A stretch of 64,000 bases of DNA from assembly GCA_951406725.2 (NCBI GenBank), contig OX597814.1, forward strand, positions 20,336,001 through 20,400,000. Reading direction: 5' to 3'. This DNA is from Octopus vulgaris. Lineage: Eukaryota. The notes beneath the pieces are model-generated. The model did no database searches. It was not told where the DNA came from and saw nothing but the letters and a program-made list of their open reading frames with translations. The translations under genes were made by a program, and so were the position numbers. Numbering within the stretch: the stretch's first letter is position 1; every line of letters starts with the position of its first letter. Shown piece after piece: positions 50,690 to 62,803 of this stretch.

Positions 50690-51086
50690 TGCCAGAGCAG
50701 CTAACTGGCTTCCGTGCTGGTGGCACATAAAAAGCACCATTCAAGCGTGATCGTTACCAACGTCGCCTTACTGGCATGTGAAAAAACATAAGAGCGAGGT
50801 CATTGCCAGTGCCACTGGACTGACTCTTGTGCAGGTGGCACATAAAAAACACCATTTGAGTGTGGCCATTGCCAGTACCACCTGACTGGCTCTCATGCCA
50901 GTGGCACGTAAAAGCACCCACTACACTCTCAGAGTGGTTGGCGTTAGGAAGGGTATCCAGCTGTAGAAACTCTCCCAGATCAGATTGGAGCCTGGTGCAG
51001 CTATCTGGTTCATAAGTCCTCAGTCAAATCATCTAACCCATGCTAGCATGGAAAGCGGACATTAAACAATGATGATGATGATGATG
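50690..51086 (+). mobile_element. family C retroposon abutting the RENBP exon 5 donor
   Basis: 4 gtggcac-type units, aggaagggtatccag, (GAT)n tail ends 12 nt from the exon boundary. Confidence 0.88.
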
Positions 51087-51098
51087 AAGTACTTTTAC

Positions 51099-51323
51099 CT
51101 GAATATGTTTCAGAATTTCAAGAGAGCAGCGCTCAGAAAGTTTACTATAAGTGCCATCTGAATCCAAATTAACAGTGATTAACTGGTCAGCCAAACAAAG
51201 AAGCATCATTGGCACAGCAAGTGTCTTCACTTCGCCACTACTTTTAAGAAGAGAACAACCCAGGTCTGTAGAATCTTCATAGGTCCAATAGAGAATTTTC
51301 GCCATCATTTCCAAAGCTTCATT
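51099..51323 (-). CDS. RENBP: RENBP-like exon 5
   Basis: NEALEMM...LAVPMMLLCLADQL...ILKHIQ (AVPMMLL motif); ttttag / CAG|gtaaaa; phase 0-0. Confidence 0.93.
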
Positions 51324-52502
51324 CTAAAAGAAAGAAGTATTTGTTTTACATATAAGTTAATTAAAATATATGGGAAATGAGATATATACAATAATCTAAA
51401 AGGATTGTATTTTGATAAGTTTTGGCAGGATCGAAATATAAAACTGGTTTGGGTTCGTGTGTAGCTATGAGTAGAACAAATGAGGTCTTTGAACTAACAG
51501 TCAACTGGTAAGTGTTGTGCATTTTGTCAAGGTCATGTACAATGTGTATATAAGAAAGAAACTCAGTTTTTATTGAATCAGATGTAAATAGGTTGTTATT
51601 ACTGTTGTTGTTGTTATTATTTAGCCCCAGGTCAGACTTATGATCAAATGTTTTTCTTTGATCATAGCTCAAATCATATGACCATTCAGCCTTTTTAAGA
51701 ATATGTAGAACTACATTATCTAATGTGTTATTTCCTTGTTTATGAAAGTGGCATGTGAACTGAGGAAAATTTAGCCACTATTTCTTTTTGCTGGTCAAGT
51801 AGCCATGTAAAAACAAGCACTAAATGTAGTAGGGCTGTTAAAAGTTGAGAGTCAATGATTTTGTAGAAAGCATTGTGTGAAAATGTTGATAATGGCAAAA
51901 TGTTTGCTAGTTAAAAATGTCAAAACTGAATCTTCCTTAGAACTGATTAAACATTATGCACATGTTAGCTGCCAGTCCAGCACAAAATATGCAGGTGGCA
52001 CATGAAGCAGTGTGGTAAAATAAACAAACTTTAGATCAGTTCAAGTATGTTTGGGATATATATGATCTGTAAAGAGGAATTTTTGCTTGTTTGCTATAGA
52101 TAAAAATTCTCCCTTTAGGTAAAAGGGGTTAAAAATACCAGTCAGTTTAGACCACTTCATCTACCACTTCATTCCCTATGAAGTGGTAGATGCATTTTGA
52201 GCTTCTTTACTCTCTTCAGTACCAGATACCAAATGAGGCAACTCTAAACTGCCTAGAAAGCTTAGCTTCCTCATAAGAAACCAGTAAGTATTATTTGCTG
52301 ATTGTGTGTATCAGCTGCCAATTGAAACTCTGTTTCCACATGTCCTAATCATACAGGAGACAGCAAAGTGAGTCCTTTGAGGAAAATTTAACAGCAATTA
52401 GGCAACCATGTTGTAGTAATGATGGATGAGACAAGAAAAGTTTTAGCAAATGAGTGATCTTGACAAGAAGAGTTCCAAAAGTGTATTAACTGAATTATTT
52501 AC

Positions 52503-52672
52503 CTTGTATGTTTCAATCTTACTGGCTTGGTACATTTCAGACATCCCTAGTACATAGAAACATTCACTAAAAATATTTCTCTGAATTTTAATATGTTTAC
52601 CCTCTGCTGTCATTGAGAAGGCACATCTTTTTGTATCTGGGTCCTTGATATGCTTCCGTATAAATTCTGCTC
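52503..52672 (-). CDS. RENBP: RENBP-like exon 4
   Basis: AEFIRKH...CAFSMTAEGKHIKIQRNIFSECFYVLGMSE (QR.IFSECFY motif); ctttag / AAG|gtaaat; phase 1-0. Confidence 0.95.
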
Positions 52673-53029
52673 CTAAAGAGAAGAAGAAAACATTTGATTA
52701 GAAACAACAATTGTTAACATTACCTCTTTCTATGAGTGGTACAATGACAAGTGCTAGAAATCCCAGAGACAATACTGCTAATACTAACATTACCTCGAAG
52801 AACACCACAATCCAGGGCCGGTAAGATATTCATTGCTCTAGGTCAGTCTTATAATGTACACCCTACTTCTAATTCTCCAATGTATGCCTGTTTCTTTTAA
52901 CCTACAATGTGCAACCCCTTCTCCAAGTCGTACAATATGCTCCTCTTTTTCTGAGTCCTACATTATGTATCCCCTTTAACAATTTTTATACAAATTCCTC
53001 CAACCATCTACCCCTTTACACAAGCCAAA

Positions 53030-53215
53030 AAATTTGACAGATTTGTGGTTGAGCCTTTGACAGTGGAGACCTCTGGTATTCTTGGCCCTCAGACTATATC
53101 CCTGCTCAGTGCCATCAGGGTAGAGATGACTATCTGCAAGTACAAGCCCCATGAATTGGAGTAACTATTCCAGTGCTTCTCTCTTGCCATCTTCTAAGGC
53201 CAATATTTTTTTTCC
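53030..53215 (+). pseudogene. 3' remnant of a CRE-like RLE non-LTR element
   Basis: EPLTVETSGILGP...LFQCFSLAIF, resembling the F.P.AVET.G...FQRLS.AIQRGN motif. Confidence 0.45.
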
Positions 53216-53315
53216 ATTTAATGTGCCAGGACCATGAGGTGGACTGACAAGTCTTTTTAGTTATAGCTGTCATAAATAGCATCTGACTCTAGTCTAGCTG
53301 CTTGCCAGAATAGAG

Positions 53316-53550
53316 AAGGCGGTGAGCTGGCAAAAACGTTAGCATGCTGAACGAAATGCTTAGCGGTATTTCATTTACCATTATGTTCTGAGTTCAAATT
53401 CTGCTGAGGTCGACTTTGCCTTTCATCCTTTCGGGGTCGATAAATTAAGTACCAGTTATGCACTGGGGTCGATATAATCGACTTAATCCCTTTGTCTGTC
53501 CTTGTTTGTCCCCTCTATGTTTAGCCCCTTGTGGGCAGTAAGGAAATAAA
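53316..53550 (+). mobile_element. SINE family B
   Basis: aaggcggtgagctggca...gagttcaaattc...gaggtcgactttgcctttcatcctttcggggtcgataaa; agaatagagaa repeated on both flanks. Confidence 0.9.
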
Positions 53551-54390
53551 AAAAAAAAGAAAGAAGAAATAAGAATAGAGAAAAGGCTACTTTCCAAAAT
53601 GTTCTTGAAAATACATATGCAGCATAATTTTTCATTTATGAACTATCCCCCACCACCACTATACACAGACACATATGCTTATACACAGCTGCACACAACT
53701 CTAAAGTATTATTATCATGCACATCACTGAGTAAATCTGTTACCTGGTAAAATTTTAAATGTACCACACCAGATCACCTAACTGGTCATAAACTCACACA
53801 ACCCTCTCATCTTCCCTACTCTACCTTGATTCTGTCTTCCACATTTCTCTTCTCCAGCAATGAACTTTTCTACTCTCTTTATTATGTAAATTTCATATTT
53901 TTAGTTGGATTAAGGAATTTTGTTTTACCCTTTGAAAAATTTAAACTGGCTATGTCAACCCAAATATTTTACCTGTTTTATGTTCAAACCAGCCAGATCC
54001 AGCCTCTTGCACCTATCTTACAATGTCATTCTAAAAATAATCACATCATCAAAATCTCAAAGCTAGGAGATAATGCAGGATTAATTCAAATGTGAATAAA
54101 TAAGCATTACATTTGACTGAGAAATCTGAATGTCAAAGGGTTAAGTTATTCAGAATTTGTGCAGTGCCCTCAGAATTTGGTACTCTAGGCAATCGCCTAG
54201 TTTGCCCCATGTCAGTATTACCACTACTAGTGTTATCACTATTAATAGCATTACAAACAACAGTGGCACCCTTTACATATATGATGCAACCACTAACTAA
54301 CTCTATCACCACTATCACCATTTCATTTTGCTAGCTTGAAGCAAGCAAAAAAGGAATAAGGAAAAAAAAGTCTTGCATTTTTATACTAGA

Positions 54391-55229
54391 CTAGCAGTAT
54401 TGCCCGGCTCATGCACTCGTGCGTTCTATGCATGCGCGAATTAAGCTAAACTTGGATGAAGCTCAATCAAAATTCAATTATTTTGGTTTTAAAATCAAGC
54501 ATTTAATGCCCTCTATTTTTGCGCTTATGTGTTCCATTTCCTCAATAGGAAGTATGTAGAAGTGTTACATAAATTTATGTTGATCAAATAATTGCATTGT
54601 TGAATTATTCTTTCAGATCAGTATTTCTCAACGGGGATTTCAGGGGAGAGTTTCAGGTAGTCACTGGCGATGTATCGTGATGATCAAAAATCCGGCCTGC
54701 TAAAATTTGGTTAAAGTGATTCAAACTGCAGACTCAATGCAAAATGGTCACATTTAATTCAAAGCGTTAAAAATATTATGAAAACAATTGGTATGTGTTC
54801 ACAAAGTCCAAACGATTAATACGAAAAAACCCTCCAGGCTACATCCCAAAAATTCATTTCTTTGCCGAATTTCTACAATGTTTATGGCGATTTGTTTTTA
54901 TATCTTGATTTTTTATTTTTCATGCAATTTACGCATGCTTGCACGCGTGGTGAACACAGTTCACGTCAAACAGCTGACTGAGTAAAGTTCACTATTCAAT
55001 GCATGGGATAAGGCCTAAACAAATACATTATCGATTTTTGCACTTGCGAGATGAATTTCAGAACAGAAATAGCGCAGTTCAATTTTCATTCGCCTAAACT
55101 TTAAGTGACTCATTTTTGGTGGTTCTATGATTTGTTGGCTAGGAGGAGATGTGCCGGGAAGTTAAACACACAGACACACACACAGATACACACACAGACA
55201 CACAAGTTGAGTTTTATATATATAGAAGA
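54391..55229 (-). mobile_element. non-autonomous Helitron (longer relative of 7579)
   Basis: a|ctagcagtattgcccggc ... cacacaagttgagttttatatatatagaaga|t. Confidence 0.7.
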
Positions 55230-55241
55230 TAACACTCACAG

Positions 55242-55545
55242 GTGGAGGCACATGGCCTAGTGGTTAGAGCAGCGGTCAAGGGATCATGGGTTCGAATCCC
55301 AGACCGGGCCATGTGTGTGTTTATGAGCGAAACACCTAAGCTCCACACTGCTCCAGCAGAAAGTAATGGCGAACTTCTGCTGACTCTTCCGCCACAACTT
55401 TTTCTCACTCTTTAATCCTACATCTAGCAGCTCACCTGTGGCAGACCAGTGTTCCATCCAGGTGGGGATCCTATATGCCAATGAAACTGGGAAACCAGCC
55501 CTTATGAGCCAGGCATGGCTTGAGAAGGAACAAACAAAACAATAA
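55242..55545 (+). mobile_element. tRNA-derived SINE
   Basis: A box TGGCCTAGTGG, B box GGTTCGAATCCC, non-tRNA body, (AAC)-rich tail. Confidence 0.75.
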
Positions 55546-55696
55546 CAACACTCAGAAAGTAAAGCAAATGAGTTCATGTGAAAAGTGTTAGTGATAGTGT
55601 TAGTCTTGTGGTTATTGATCTTGTGAACACATCTCATTACTGCTAAAAAAATTTTAATTTTAGGGGATTAAAAAGCAAAAATGAATAATAAAATAC

Positions 55697-56078
55697 AGGC
55701 GCAGGAGTGGCTTGCTAGCCAACCACATGGTTCCGGGTTCAGTCCCACTGTGTGGCATCTTGGGCAAGTGTCTTCTGCTATAGCCCCGGGCCGACCAATG
55801 CCTTGTGAGTGGATTTGGTAGACAGAAACTGAAAGAAGCCTGTCGTATATATGTATATATATATGTGTGTGTGTATGTGTTTGTCCCCCTAGCATTGCTT
55901 GACAACCGATGCTGGTGTGTTTATGTCCCCGTCACTTAGCGGTTCGGCAAAAGAGACCGATAGAATAAGTACTGGGCTTACAAAGAATAAGTCCCGGGGT
56001 CGATTTGCTCGACTAAAAGGCGGTGCTCCAGCATGGCCGCAGTCAAATGACTGAAACAAGTAAAAGAGTAAAAGAGAG
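55697..56078 (+). mobile_element. SINE family A
   Basis: matches 5639-6020. Confidence 0.9.
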
Positions 56079-56307
56079 TCACTATTATAAATGTGGGTGT
56101 AAGATTGTGTGGTGTTGTTGATGCTTCAAAAACATTCCCACAGTGCCATCCCATTGGTTTTGAGGGGGTTTTTTCTAGTTATATTATACTATGGTTTACA
56201 TTATCCAATGTGTACTTCCTATTTTTTAAGACATTAAGTTGTGATTTGAAGACTTGGCTGCTGTTTCCAGCAGGTCAGACAACCATATAGAGACTCCTTC
56301 ATTAATT

Positions 56308-56469
56308 TGTGGTGTATATGTATGTGCATGTTTGTATGTGTGTGTGTGCATGTGTGTGTTTTTTTGCATGTATTTGTGCATGTGTGTGTCTGTGTGTCCG
56401 TGTTTGTGTGTGTGTGTGCACATGAGTGTGTGTGTGTGTGCATGTGGGTGTGTGTCTGTGTGTGTGCGC

Positions 56470-56500
<31 letters not shown>

Positions 56501-56525
56501 CGTGTGTGTATGTGCACGTGCGCAT
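56308..56525. repeat. (TG)n-rich microsatellite
   Basis: imperfect TG/TGCA repeats. Confidence 0.95.
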
Positions 56526-58373
56526 GAGATAGAGTACTCACAAATTATCTGCTAAAGATAGTCTGAACTATTTTCTTTGATAAGTCTATTGTCCTATAAT
56601 TTGTTGAACTGTCACACTCACCTATAAATCTTTGATTCTTTTCCTTTTTATCTAAACTGTTCTTTTATTTTTTTTTATCAAAACTTTCAAATATTTTTGA
56701 AGTGAAACAGTATTAAATTTATTAACAAATTAATGAAAATACTTTTGGTTCCAACCAGTTTGAGACCATCCTTTGATTCTAAGTGACAAACCTATTTGTC
56801 TTAGAGTTTCTATATATAATATTTAACTCTTTTATCATCATTTTGCATAAGAAACATTTGTTAAAAATTAAGTTCTAAATACTAGTTTGATAATGGAAAA
56901 TTTGTAATTTTACTAAACCCCATAAATTTTCATTTATTTTAAAAAATTAATTAGAATACATGGACAGTTAAAATGTAAAACACATCAACTGTGAAATATG
57001 CTTAAAAAATTGGTTATATGCTATGTTATAGGCGATACAAAATATAAACCAAGTGATCATTTACCTTCTATGATAAAATTCATTGTAGACACACATACAA
57101 GTGCATGCACACGCACATACACATATACACACACATGCACACATGCACGCATGCACACAGACACACACACGCACACACACGAAGGTGGGCTGAAAAGTTC
57201 ACAAGCTAACTATGAAGGAGTGATTTAAATTGGTTATATCCAGCTCAAAACATTCAGCCTGTTTTACATGCAAACTGGCTAGATCCAGCCTCTCACACCT
57301 ACCCTACAATGTCATTCTAAAAATAAACAATCACATCACTGAAATCTCAAAACTACAAGATAATGCTTGATTAATCCAAAGCAATGTGAATAAATAAGCA
57401 TTACATTTGACAAAGTAATCTGAATTCTCAAGGGTTAAGCATGAATTATATGTAATGTCAATACATTGTCAAACACTATTAGGTTGTCACATATGGAATG
57501 TTGTATTTGAAAGGTAATAATAAAATGTTTCAGAAATATTAGAGAACTGATTTATTTAATCAAATTATGATCCATGTTCATTTATGGCCTTTACCCAGTG
57601 TTTCTCTAAGTCACATCTTTAAAAAAAATTTCATCTTTTGCTGTAATAAACTGTCCGAATGCTTCAATTAACTCTTCTCTATTTAAGAATGTTTAATTGT
57701 GTATGAAATGCTCAAAATGCTTAAATAAGTGATGATCAGTAGGAGAGATATCAGGGGAATAGGGAAGATGTTGCAAAATCTCGTAGTTCAGGCTTTGCAA
57801 CTTTTGAACGTAGCTTGAGAAGTGTGAGGACATGCAGTGTCATGGGGTAAAATTGGACCATTTATATTCACTAGTCTGGATTGCATTTTCCCTCTACTTA
57901 CATACAGTCATGGTTGTGTAATTAAAAGGCTGCTTCTTAGTCACCCAACCATGTATTCTTGGGTTCATTTTCACTGTGTGAGGCCTTGAGTAAATGATGT
58001 CTTTTTCCATATCTTCATGAATAAGATCTGGAAAATGGAAACTGTGTGAAGTCTGTTTTCTGTGTGTATACGGTGTGTGTGCGTGCATGCATGCGTGCCT
58101 GTATGTGTGTGCATATCAGAGGAAGATATAGACATTGGCGAAAAAATTACTGATAAATGTGTCAAACAAAAATACCTTGTGGTATTTATTCCATCTGCAA
58201 TATACAAACACTCACTATCAGAAATACTGTGAACCATTGATGGTTTATTGGACACCTATAACAAAATGTATGATACATATGAAAAATGTAATACATACAA
58301 GGGATTAGCTACATGCAGTGTTCCATACATTTGTTGATTATTTCATTATATCATAGGTATTAAATTGGTTTAC

Positions 58374-58449
58374 CTTTGATTGCTGCATTATATATGTCTT
58401 CACGATGAAATCGTTCAAATTCATTGTAAAGCTTTGCATAAGTCCAAAC
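58374..58449 (-). CDS. RENBP: RENBP-like exon 3
   Basis: VWTYAKLYNEFERFHREDIYNAAIKG; ttttag / G|gtaaac; phase 0-1. Confidence 0.93.
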
Positions 58450-58626
58450 CTAAAAGGAAAATTCAAGAGAATTATTTAAATGAATGATCCTATATAAACA
58501 ATGCAAATGTCTAACAAAAATATGGATTTCAAAGTTCTACATCATAAAATAATAAATAAATTGCACAAACTGACAAAGCGCTTCTGTATGGTTGCTCAGA
58601 CCAGCTATGGGTAAGAAAGATTTTAC

Positions 58627-58702
58627 CTGTCTTCCTTGTGTCCATCCATATTTTGTTGTATCATAGATTGAACCATCTCTTCCTAAGCATGTAAAGAATC
58701 CT
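58627..58702 (-). CDS. RENBP: RENBP-like exon 2
   Basis: [25 protein letters not shown]; ttttcag acceptor, CAG|gtaaaa donor; phase 2-0. Confidence 0.95.
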
Positions 58703-58779
58703 CTGAAAAGTTCAAGAAAACACCATGAATTTTCACTATATCGTAATGGCAAGTTCTCGGTAGAGCAAGTCTATAACTA

Positions 58780-58936
<157 letters not shown>

Positions 58937-59350
58937 ATGGTGGAATACTATACTTTATCTCATTAATACCCTTGAAGAAAACAGTCAGAATTGGAAAAAA
59001 AAAAATTTAGTTTCTTCTATCCAAATCAATGGCTTCATACCTTAACATATCTTCAATCAAATGGCTGAAACCAGTAAGAGTGTCAGATCATCAAAGCAAA
59101 ATGCTTATGAAAATAGGGTGCTGGACTAATAACAATATGGTAATTGGTTCAGATGTTGCAGCAAGATTTTGGGGTTCATCCTTTAGCATTTAAACTAGTT
59201 ATATCTGGCCCAAATATTTTACCTGCTATATGTTCAAACTGATTAGATCTGGCCTCTGACACCTACCTGATGATGTCTTTCTAAAAATAAACAATCGCTT
59301 CATCAAAATCTTAAAGTTACAATATAATGCATGATTTATTCAAAACAGTT

Positions 59351-59557
59351 GCTCTTTGCTCTTTTGCTTGTTTCAGTCATTTGACTGTGGCCATGCTGGA
59401 GCACCGCCTTTAGTCAAGCAAATCGACCCCGGGACTTATTCTTTGTAAGCCCAGTACTTATTCTATCTTTTGCTGAACCGCTAAGTGACGGCGACGTAAA
59501 CACACCAGCATCAGTTGTCAAGCAATGCTAGAGGGACAAACACAGACACACAAACAT

Positions 59558-59588
<31 letters not shown>

Positions 59589-59753
59589 CATATATACGAC
59601 GAGCTTCTTTCAGTTTCCGTCTACCAAATCTACTCACAAGGCTTTGGTCGGCTCGAGGCTATAGTAGAAGACACTTGCCCAAGATGCCATGCAGTGGGAC
59701 TGAACCTGGAACCATGTGGTTGGTAAGCAAGCTACTTACCACACAGCCACTCC
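59351..59753 (-). mobile_element. SINE family A inserted in a piggyBac-like MITE (~59180-59803)
   Basis: reverse copy of family A; flanks match the uninterrupted MITE at ~53925-54143 (ttcaaaa...|gtgaataaataagca). Confidence 0.85.
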
Positions 59754-60522
59754 GTGAATAAATAAGCAATTACATTTGACAGAATGATCTGAATGTTAAA
59801 GGGTCCTACCATTTGCAAGGCACATAAGTCTGTTTATTCCACTTTGGTTGGTTGATAAGAATCAGATATCCACTGATGGATTAGCGAGAAAAAAAGGCAT
59901 CTAGATCTACAAATTATGCCAGCCAACTGAAAATCACTTTAGTTACTTGCAACAGCAGTTGTTGTTACTCTTTCCAATGCTATTTTAGCATAATAAGTGT
60001 ATGGCTTTGACAGTTAGATATTGTGGTGGTGGTGGGGGGGGGGACTAATAATATGGTATTAATGACACTTGCCACTTCTATGATAATGGCAAGTAGACAA
60101 TAAGCTGTGATGATCATGGTTGTTTGTAACAGTCATAAGTTGATGGTTACAGAAAGGATTTTAGTACTCAGTGTCCTAGTGTGAGTAGTAGGAACTGAGA
60201 CTAAATGTACATCTTCATAAATAAGCAGGAGTACTTTGAGCCAACAAAAGAGCCTAACTATCATTACAAGATATGAAAGAAATTGCAGCCAAATATCCCC
60301 CAAATCACTTCCAACTGTCTTAAAAATGAAAGGACACATTAAATAAGGCTGTTGTCCAAGCTAAAATATTTCTGATAAAAGAAGATGGGATGGTCATGAC
60401 TGAGATATCTTTTAATATACATCTGCTCAATCAGGGCTGACTAAAGATTAGATAAGTACAAAATTCAGGAGTATCAGGAAACCTAAAATTTGCTATGTGA
60501 GATATAAAAAGTCAACACTTAC

Positions 60523-60629
60523 CCATTATTTTCATCATGTGAATGCTTTAACCAAAATGCTATACATCTGTCAAGTTCAGAGGAAACTTTAGCAGCCATT
60601 TCAGGAATTCTATCTTGTATGTTCTCCAT
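60523..60629 (-). CDS. RENBP: N-acylglucosamine 2-epimerase (renin-binding protein-like) coding exon 1
   Basis: MENIQDRIPEMAAKVSSELDRCIAFWLKHSHDENNG (ELD...FW..HS.D...G motif); donor GG|gtaagt; tttcag acceptors just upstream imply a 5' UTR exon elsewhere. Confidence 0.9.
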
Positions 60630-60651
60630 TGAGTGAAAAGCTGAAACTGAA

Positions 60652-61030
60652 ATATACATACATACATACATACACATACACACAAATACATACATGCATA
60701 CATGCATGCACACATGTATGTATGTATGTGTGTATGTATGTATGTATGTATGTATGTATGTAGCTATGAACTTATGTGTGTATGTATGTATGTATGTATG
60801 TATGTGTATGTATGTATGTATGTATGTCATTGTCCAGTTTTATTTCAAGATTTATGGCTAGTAGAGAAAGAGCCGGTTTCTAACCAGATCCAAGATTCCT
60901 TCATTGGAATTTCAATATCAACAACAGGATATTTTTGTTTGTATGTATGTATGTGTGTATGTATGTATGTATGTATGCATGCATGTACGTATACATGCAG
61001 ATTTGTATGTTTTGTTTTATGTATGTATTC
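60652..61030. repeat. (TATG/CATA)n microsatellite next to RENBP first coding exon
   Basis: direct reading; catacata tract (60652-60710) is inverted to tatgtatg tract (60714-60827). Confidence 0.9.
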
Positions 61031-61592
61031 CCATGTATATAGTTGCATATCCAGACATGGTCATATATATGTAAATGATAAACTTCTGGAAAGTTTTGCA
61101 GATTTTTACAGTTCCAGTGATGGAGTGGATCTGTAGTCTTTGAATTAGCTTTCTCCTTTCTGATGTTGAGACGCCTAATTTCTCAAGATTGGTATTTAGG
61201 CAGTGTGTTACATATCCCAGAGCCCAATAATTACAGGTATAAACCTGAACTTGTAAGCTGGATAGAGAAACTGCAGATTTCTCAATAGTTCAGCATAGGT
61301 AGTCTGAAAACGGATGTTAAATGATGAGGATATATAAATATATATATATATATATTATAGTGGGGTAGCCTGGTTTATGGGGTTACCCTGGGTTTCTTGC
61401 TCATAAGGGGCTTGGCTTTATGGCATTTCTTCAGACCCCAAACACTGCTGGCCTAAGATCTCTTTAATATATGGAGGGGGAAAAGCCTCGTTTTTAAGGG
61501 TAAAATCCTAGGTGACTATCTCTCTCTGCTATTGTCCATCAATCTTCAGCTACACTGCCATCTTGCAGTCACCAAAGCACCACAAAGGTGAC

Positions 61593-61595
<3 letters not shown>

Positions 61596-61636
<41 letters not shown>

Positions 61637-61692
61637 GTTTGTGTGTGTGTGTGTGTGAGTTTGTGTGTGTGTATGTGTGTGTGTGTGTGTGT
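61596..61692. repeat. (TG)n microsatellite
   Basis: direct reading. Confidence 0.95.
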
Positions 61693-62593
61693 ATACTATA
61701 TATCACATGCCTAAGTGACTGCAGAGTAACATTAAACGATGTGTTTTGCTCAAAAACACAATACAATACCTAGTCTTGGAAATGAACCCATGACCTTGTG
61801 AATGCAATACCCTAACCACTAGGTCCACATGTCATCAATTAATGCATGCACATCTGTAAATACAGTGCAGTAGTAAATAAAATATTTGGAAACTCAAATG
61901 AATCTTAATGTTATTGTCATAGCTTAATGTGGTTATTGCAAACTAACAGCTTATCTGACACAGAGAAGAAGATAGGTCTAACAACCACACAACAAAGCAT
62001 AGTCTACAGTCTAGAATGCCTAGTCAACAAAAAGCTGACTCTATATACACTGACTGTGACTGATTATTAGATAAGTGATATCAATTACAGAAATGTTGTG
62101 GCTAATTAAAGTATTTATCTTCTCATTGCTCGTGAGATTGAAAATTTAATAAAGGAAAGTATTAATAGAGAATAAAAGAGAGAGGAGAAAGCTGCATGTA
62201 ATTGTTATACCCATCTTGTTGCCATTTGTTGAATAGGTGCATATTAAGTTTATTAGGTCACCTTCATAAATCTAGTCAGTCTAATACAATAACTTGTTAA
62301 TTGGAGTCATGTCATGAGTACTGTTTTTCTCTCCTGAGAGAATAATCAGTTAAAAACAAATCAACCCCAATTCTTATTCTGAAGTCTGGTACTTATCCGA
62401 TCAAATCTCTTGACAAACTGCTAAGTTACAGGGCAGTAAACAAAACAACACTTGCTGTACCAATTTGTTACCTTAAATAAACTATAAAAAGTATCATAGT
62501 ATAATTAATGCATGTTTATTAGTCTACTGTACTGAGTTCAAGTTTTCTACTAAGGTCCTAGAAAAGACAACAATACTAATTTTTAGAGTAATA

Positions 62594-62803
62594 TCATCAT
62601 CGTCATCATCATTTAACATCCGCTTTCCATGCTAGCATGGGTTGGACGATTTGACTGAGGTCTGGTGAACCAGATGGCTGCACCAGACTCCAATCTGATC
62701 TGGCAGAGTTTCTATAGTTGGATGCCCTTCCTAATGCCAACCACTCTGAGAGTGTAGTGGGTACTTTTACGTGCCCCCAGCACGAGGGCACATAAAAGCA
62801 CAC
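62594..62803 (-). mobile_element. family C retroposon
   Basis: (CAT)n, catgctagcatg, ggatgcccttcctaatgccaacc. Confidence 0.85.

Noticed and set aside
55242-55310. tRNA gene
   Set aside because: A and B boxes are present but no complete cloverleaf; it continues into a SINE body and tail
56226-56555. His/Thr- or Cys/Val-rich ORFs (also 60702-61136 and 61569-61773)
   Set aside because: Microsatellite translations
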